A program made the translations under genes and the position numbers. From an uncultured Hormoscilla sp. (GTDB lineage Bacteria; Cyanobacteriota; Cyanobacteriia; Cyanobacteriales; Desertifilaceae): 64,000 nucleotides of DNA. The stretch spans positions 5,152,001 through 5,216,000 of the forward strand of contig OZ001293.3 in NCBI GenBank assembly GCA_963921275.4, read 5' to 3'. Positions 59,474 to 64,000 of the stretch are shown in pieces; the stretch's first letter is position 1, and every line of letters starts with the position of its first letter. The notes below the pieces were generated by a model that made no database searches, had not been told where the DNA came from, and saw only the letters and a list, made by a program, of their open reading frames with translations.

Positions 59474-60129
59474 ATTAAACTAAGCCAACGGGTCACCCCG
59501 CCGACTCGTCTTCAGAACCGGACGTGAGACTTTCACCTCATCCGGCTCCTCAGTTTCGCCATCCTTGTCATGGATACGGCCTTTGTCACCATCTCTGGCA
59601 GACTTTACATCATGGCAATAATCATGCAGCAACTGTAGGTTGGTATACCAGTCTTTACCTCCTTTAGAAACTGGTAGAATATGGTCAACCTCCCATTTGT
59701 CGCCATCTTTGAATTTCAGTCCGCAGTGCACACACTTACCATCCTGCTCTTTTAGCAGTCTGATAACTCTAGCGCTCACATCCGGGCTTTTTCTCAGTCT
59801 TTTGCTCCAATAAACCAGATTACCGTCAAACGGGCTAGCTGTCCCCTTAACCTTTACGTGTCTGTGCGATTCGTTCTAGCCTAACGTGGTCAAACACGGA
59901 ACGCTAGCCCGGTTTCATTAGCCGGGAACTCTGACCGCATGGGGGTTAAATTCCCCTCCCCCCAGGTACGGGGGTGACACCGGTCCTCGGTGCTACGAAG
60001 CGACATCATCGTGGTGCTAAGCGAGGACTCAAATGTAGGATAACTGGCAGCCTAAGCCGGTGACGCCGCTAGGAAAGATATCCAAGGTTAGAGCAGGCAA
60101 ACATGTGCAAGCCTCGTTATAAGGAACCA
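59474..60129 (-). mobile_element. Second copy of the intron F 3' end with the same antisense intron G 5' end, truncated
   Basis: Matches 27815-28470 at an offset of 31659; identical 99-aa HNH ORF. Confidence 0.9.
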
Positions 60130-60486
60130 CAGGATTTCATCTTACCCCTGGCCAAGCCCACGACGGGAAAGGCGCTGACGTGCTATTGGATAAAATCGGT
60201 GAGATTGGCGCGCTGCTTGCAGATAAAGCCTATGATGCGGAACAACGTGTGCTCGAGCGCCTGAAAGAGGCGGATTGGATGGCTGTCATTCCTCCAAAAA
60301 GTAACCGCACAGAACACAGAGAATACGATGAAGAAATGTACAAGTGGCGGCATCTAATTGAAAATCTATTCCAAAAACTCAAGCAATACAGGGCTCTGGC
60401 GACACGCTACGATAAAACCGCTCGCAATTTCTTGGGTGCCATCTACCTCGCGGCAGCTGTAATATGGCTTAATTGATGACACGCCC
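60130..60486 (+). mobile_element. IS5-family 3' half
   Basis: Same protein as 22213-22590; TIR TTGATGACACGCCC. Confidence 0.9.
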
Positions 60487-60546
60487 TAGCAAATGAAACC
60501 AGACCAGACTTTCACCGTCACCGGTTTACGCCTGAACGAATCGCAC
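60487..60546 (-). mobile_element. 5' stub of an E-type ORF-less intron
   Basis: GTGCGATTCGTTCAGGCGTAAAC... similar to 21585. Confidence 0.8.
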
Positions 60547-60714
60547 CCGGACAACCTATATCCTTAACCGAGAAGTATTGCCAGCGCTCGTTAATCCGAT
60601 TTTACTCGATTGGATCTAAGCCGCAAATGTCTGACTAATACCATCGTCATGGGTGATCGGAAAGAATGAAACAGCCCTGGTTTCTGGATGCTCAGTTTAT
60701 TTATACCCGGCTAC

Positions 60715-62148
60715 TTACCAAGCATCGGATTGGCGGAGCAACTCGTTTTTGATCGCAAGCCAATCTCGACCCAATTGAATTGTCACATCCGAGTCCAAAT
60801 GACCAATGCTCTCAACTCGCACTTCTCCAAAACCCAGTCGGCGACGAATAGCTTTCGCACTATCGATGTCTCCGTATTGAGCGATAATCCGAGTCACCTC
60901 TAATGGCTCAGTCCAAGAACCACTGACATAGACGTTACTATAGCCCTCATCATACATGGTGTCGATAAAATCATCAACTGCTGCCCAATCTTCCGTGCTG
61001 TCTTGAACCGCCACCCGTAGGTAAGCTGGGTCAATTTCTTCTGATTCAGAAGCGCGATCACCAAAGTCAAAATGCTGGTGCATCATCTGGTCGATGCGGT
61101 GATAATCTGGCAACCAGTAGCTCACTTTGTATTCCTTGGGGTCGCTAAATCTGCCGGGAGTTAGCAACATCTGGATTTTCGATCTGTCTGTATCGCTAGC
61201 AAAATTTCCTAGCGCCAGTAACTCTTCGATGCTCAAGTTAGTATCGATGTCAGACTTGATCACTTCCAGAATTTTGGGTAATCGGGGGATGATTTGAGGG
61301 TTAATAGTTTGATCCATTAACGCCCGCATCAGTATTTGCTGCCGCTGAATGCGACCAATATCCCCTAAATAGTTGTTTCTAAAACGCAAAAATTGCAGCG
61401 TCCGCTCTCCATTTAGGTGTTGATCTCCGACTTTCAGATTAATGTACAAATGCTGGCTATCATCCTGGTACTTCATGTCGTAAGGCACGTAGACCGTCAC
61501 CCCACCTAAGGCATCAATTAGTTTTTCCACTGCCTTGATATTCACGCGGATGTAGCGATCTATCTCTACACCTCCTAGCAGGTCTTTCACAGAGGTTGCT
61601 GACATGGCAGGACCGCCAAATTCATTAGCTACATTGATTTTGCGCATACCATATCCTTCTACCCAGGAACGGGTATCCCGGGGGATTGAAAGCGCTACTA
61701 GCTTCTGACTCCTGGGGTCAAACCTGAGTAATAACATGGTATCGCTCAGACCCTCGAAGCTGTTAACTAGAGCATGGTATCCTAGGTCTACTTCTGATGG
61801 TTCGTCCAGGTCTGAAGTCAGGACTTTGATCCCTAACACCAAAATATTGACAGGACGATTCAGTTTTGGTAGCTGCAAATTATCGCCACTGGCAATGCGC
61901 TCTCCACTGTTAAAGACTTTCGCTTCTTGGGGACTCAGCTTGGCTTGCATCAGAGGCGTACTGACTAGAGACACTGCTAGCAATGCTCCTGCTGTTGCTG
62001 ACAGCATGGCGGTGCCTGCTAAGCCCAAGCCGATCGATATCCACTTGATTGTACTGGCTTGAGCCAATTTTATCCCAGCACGTTCTAAATAGGTAGATAC
62101 CAGATGATTGTGATTGATAATTTTTCTAGCGATCACTTGCTTCCTCAC
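60715..62148 (-). CDS. LCP (LytR-CpsA-Psr) family protein with LytR_C domain
   Basis: NILVLG, SDTMLL, LSIPRDT, LIDALGGV, GDIGRIQRQ, SDVTIQLGRDW. Confidence 0.92.
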   Translation of the reverse strand: MRKQVIARKIINHNHLVSTYLERAGIKLAQASTIKWISIGLGLAGTAMLSATAGALLAVSLVSTPLMQAKLSPQEAKVFNSGERIASGDNLQLPKLNRPVNILVLGIKVLTSDLDEPSEVDLGYHALVNSFEGLSDTMLLLRFDPRSQKLVALSIPRDTRSWVEGYGMRKINVANEFGGPAMSATSVKDLLGGVEIDRYIRVNIKAVEKLIDALGGVTVYVPYDMKYQDDSQHLYINLKVGDQHLNGERTLQFLRFRNNYLGDIGRIQRQQILMRALMDQTINPQIIPRLPKILEVIKSDIDTNLSIEELLALGNFASDTDRSKIQMLLTPGRFSDPKEYKVSYWLPDYHRIDQMMHQHFDFGDRASESEEIDPAYLRVAVQDSTEDWAAVDDFIDTMYDEGYSNVYVSGSWTEPLEVTRIIAQYGDIDSAKAIRRRLGFGEVRVESIGHLDSDVTIQLGRDWLAIKNELLRQSDAW

Positions 62149-62288
62149 AGGCTGTTTTTACTGTAATTAGCACCCTGATTTTCCTACTTTTTAACCCCAT
62201 TATTTTTCCCTTTGATGCCAAGGTAAGCCTTGCCACTTGCCGTATATAATTCGGACTAGGTATTTACATAATGCGGCAAGCTACGACC

Positions 62289-62651
62289 TTATGGAAGACG
62301 ATCGCCTAAGGGACTCACTCCAGGCAAGCGCGGGGACTGGCGTCGCCACAGACGTACCATCAGCCAAAATGATATCATAAAATAGCTCGAAGTCAGCAGG
62401 CTACTGGTTAATAACCAAGGTAGTCTCCATGACTCAAAAGTGCTAGCTCCAGTTTCCACCAACCCATGGCTGACTACCCACAGTAAACCCAGTACCACTG
62501 CTAAGCGACTCACCACTTGCTGCTGGCGATCACCTGTGCGCCGGTACTGGGTCCAGAGGGCGGGGAAGAAACCGATCACTGGAATCAGATAAATAAATAG
62601 TTGTAATCGCTTGAGGTCTTTATTCTCAAACGGGTCCCCATACCTGCTCAT
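62289..62651 (-). CDS. Hypothetical membrane protein
   Basis: 120 aa with three hydrophobic segments. Confidence 0.7.
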   Translation of the reverse strand: MSRYGDPFENKDLKRLQLFIYLIPVIGFFPALWTQYRRTGDRQQQVVSRLAVVLGLLWVVSHGLVETGASTFESWRLPWLLTSSLLTSSYFMISFWLMVRLWRRQSPRLPGVSPLGDRLP

Positions 62652-62662
62652 AAAATTTAATG

Positions 62663-62767
62663 TTGTCAGTTGTCAGTTGTCAGTTGTCAGTTGTCAGTTG
62701 TCAGTTGTCAGTTGTCAGTTGTCAGTTGTCAGTTGTCAGTTGTCAGTTGTCAGTTGTCAGTTGTCAG
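62663..62767. repeat. (TTGTCAG)15 heptamer tandem repeat (STRR-like)
   Basis: 15 perfect units. Confidence 0.95.
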
Positions 62768-63027
62768 CTGGTTGGGGAGACAAAAATATTCTGCCGATCG
62801 CCTTCCGTCTGGATAATTTCCTGAAACAGTTTGAAACCAAATATGGGATTTGCGTCTATCAGCTTCTGTTCTATCATCTCTGCTGCCTGTTTTTGTTTCC
62901 GGATGTTCTCCCAGTCCACTTTAGCATTTGAGCCATCAACACCTCCCATTTTTACACATCCCCATAAACTTAGCACCAATATCACACAGGCTATCGCTCT
63001 TCCTAATTTCACATTTTTTCTGTTCAT
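62764..63027 (-). pseudogene. Serpin N-terminal fragment with lipoprotein-like leader
   Basis: LWGC; AN..FGFKLFQ...NIFVSPTS, then a stop inside the heptamer array. Confidence 0.7.
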
Positions 63028-63111
63028 CTTCCCACTTGATATGTTATTTTATTCTAAGATAACTTTGATTACATATAGGGTTTCTCAAATTTATGTGGCA
63101 CGGAAAATGTA

Positions 63112-63274
63112 CTAGACAGTGCGAAGTTCTTTGAATAACTCTTGTATGCTAAGGTTTCAGCGATCTAAAGGCGAGAGGACTTTGGTCCTGAATTGAATTT
63201 ACTGTAAGCCAGTACCAGCAATCGTTTCAGCTTTGATAGTCAGTCATTTTTTATGAGAACTTCGCACTCTCCAG
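63112..63274. mobile_element. Putative MITE next to an IS630-type end at 63074
   Basis: AGTGCGAAGTTCT / AGAACTTCGCACT inverted ends. Confidence 0.6.
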
Positions 63275-63414
63275 AAATATAGACAGCATAATAATTTCAG
63301 CGTTTTCCATCATAACACACTAGGCAAGATAACTACTATAAGCATCAGATCGATAACTACGAAACTCTTGCTTAGGGATTAGACCGGTTCTGTTTCAGAA
63401 GGGATTGAAGCAAG

Positions 63415-63840
63415 CTAGATGATATCCAAAAATTGGTTTCCTGTAGCCGTGAGTGAGATTAACCCCAGAGTCGCCGACTGCTGCAACACTCCCAGTAAGC
63501 CTGTCACAATTAGCCCCCGTTCTACTGCAAGTCGCCTTGCTTTAATATCGTCGAGTAAAATCAAATCTGCCTCTAGTTCTTCGGCCAGCAAAATCGTCTC
63601 GCGTTCGCCAGCACCCAATCGTTGCAGTGAGACGTCAGGGGGCATAGCTACCGATTGAATCTATAGCCAGTCTGGCGGGCTTGCAATCCAATTTTTCACT
63701 ATTGTTGGGGCTTCTGATGCCTCTAGTTCATCGCGCACTGCTTGGGGAATGAACACACGATAGAATAATTCTGGTAATAGTTCAAAATGATCGATCAGTA
63801 TCAGATAAAGCCAAGGTTACCTATTAGAGATAACAGTCAT
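63415..63840 (-). pseudogene. DUF3368 (PIN-like) protein, with internal stop/frameshift
   Basis: LGAGERETILLA, LILLDDIKARRLA...VTGLLGVL. Confidence 0.75.
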
Positions 63841-64000
63841 TTTACCATCATTTTGTGAATATTATGGACATCTTGCTCTAGAGCGGCTAGGGGGTAGTTT
63901 AGATAAGCACCTTCTTTATTGAGAAACTCATCAACTTCATAGCGGCCTAAGCCAAGTATTTGTCCCACCTCAGCATGAGTAATTGCCTCATTGCGATAGG
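63837..64000 (-). CDS. UPF0175-family protein, 3' part
   Basis: YRNEAITHAEVGQILGLGRYEVDEFL, directly upstream of DUF3368. Confidence 0.65.
   Translation of the reverse strand, partial: YRNEAITHAEVGQILGLGRYEVDEFLNKEGAYLNYPLAALEQDVHNIHKMMVK

Noticed and set aside
62611..62931. ORF with (VVSCQLS)n repeats
   Set aside because: Translation of the heptamer array

Overview
Cyanobacterial DNA (frequent HIP1 GCGATCGC, heptamer tandem repeats, cyanobacterial gene content; probably a filamentous lineage, inferred only) with heavy mobile-element load and gene decay. Ordinary genes (XPB-like helicase, ABC ATPase, DUF318/DUF1980 permease trio, solute-binding protein, CobT, DUF2232, Crp, CHAT-FHA / FHA-PrsW / PP2C cluster, alpha/beta hydrolase, LCP protein) sit between decayed IS701, IS630, ISAzo13, IS982, IS66, IS1, IS5, IS1634, IS4 and ISKra4-like elements. 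The striking feature is about 15 group II intron copies or fragments. Three carry RT ORFs, all damaged or interrupted. The rest belong to a family of ORF-less introns of roughly 0.7-0.95 kb. These have copy-specific EBS1 loops that mostly match their own insertion sites. They nest inside each other, including a triple nest and one copy inside an identical copy of itself. In place of an ORF, domain IV holds a conserved, covarying, apparently pseudoknotted RNA module. A second layer is a set of tiny palindromic repeats (24, about 44 and about 55 bp) that land in genes in frame, in ISs and in the introns. There is also a MITE-plus-IS982 composite that appears to have carried an RTX gene into an ISAzo13. 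All calls were made by eye, so boundaries may be off by a few bases.
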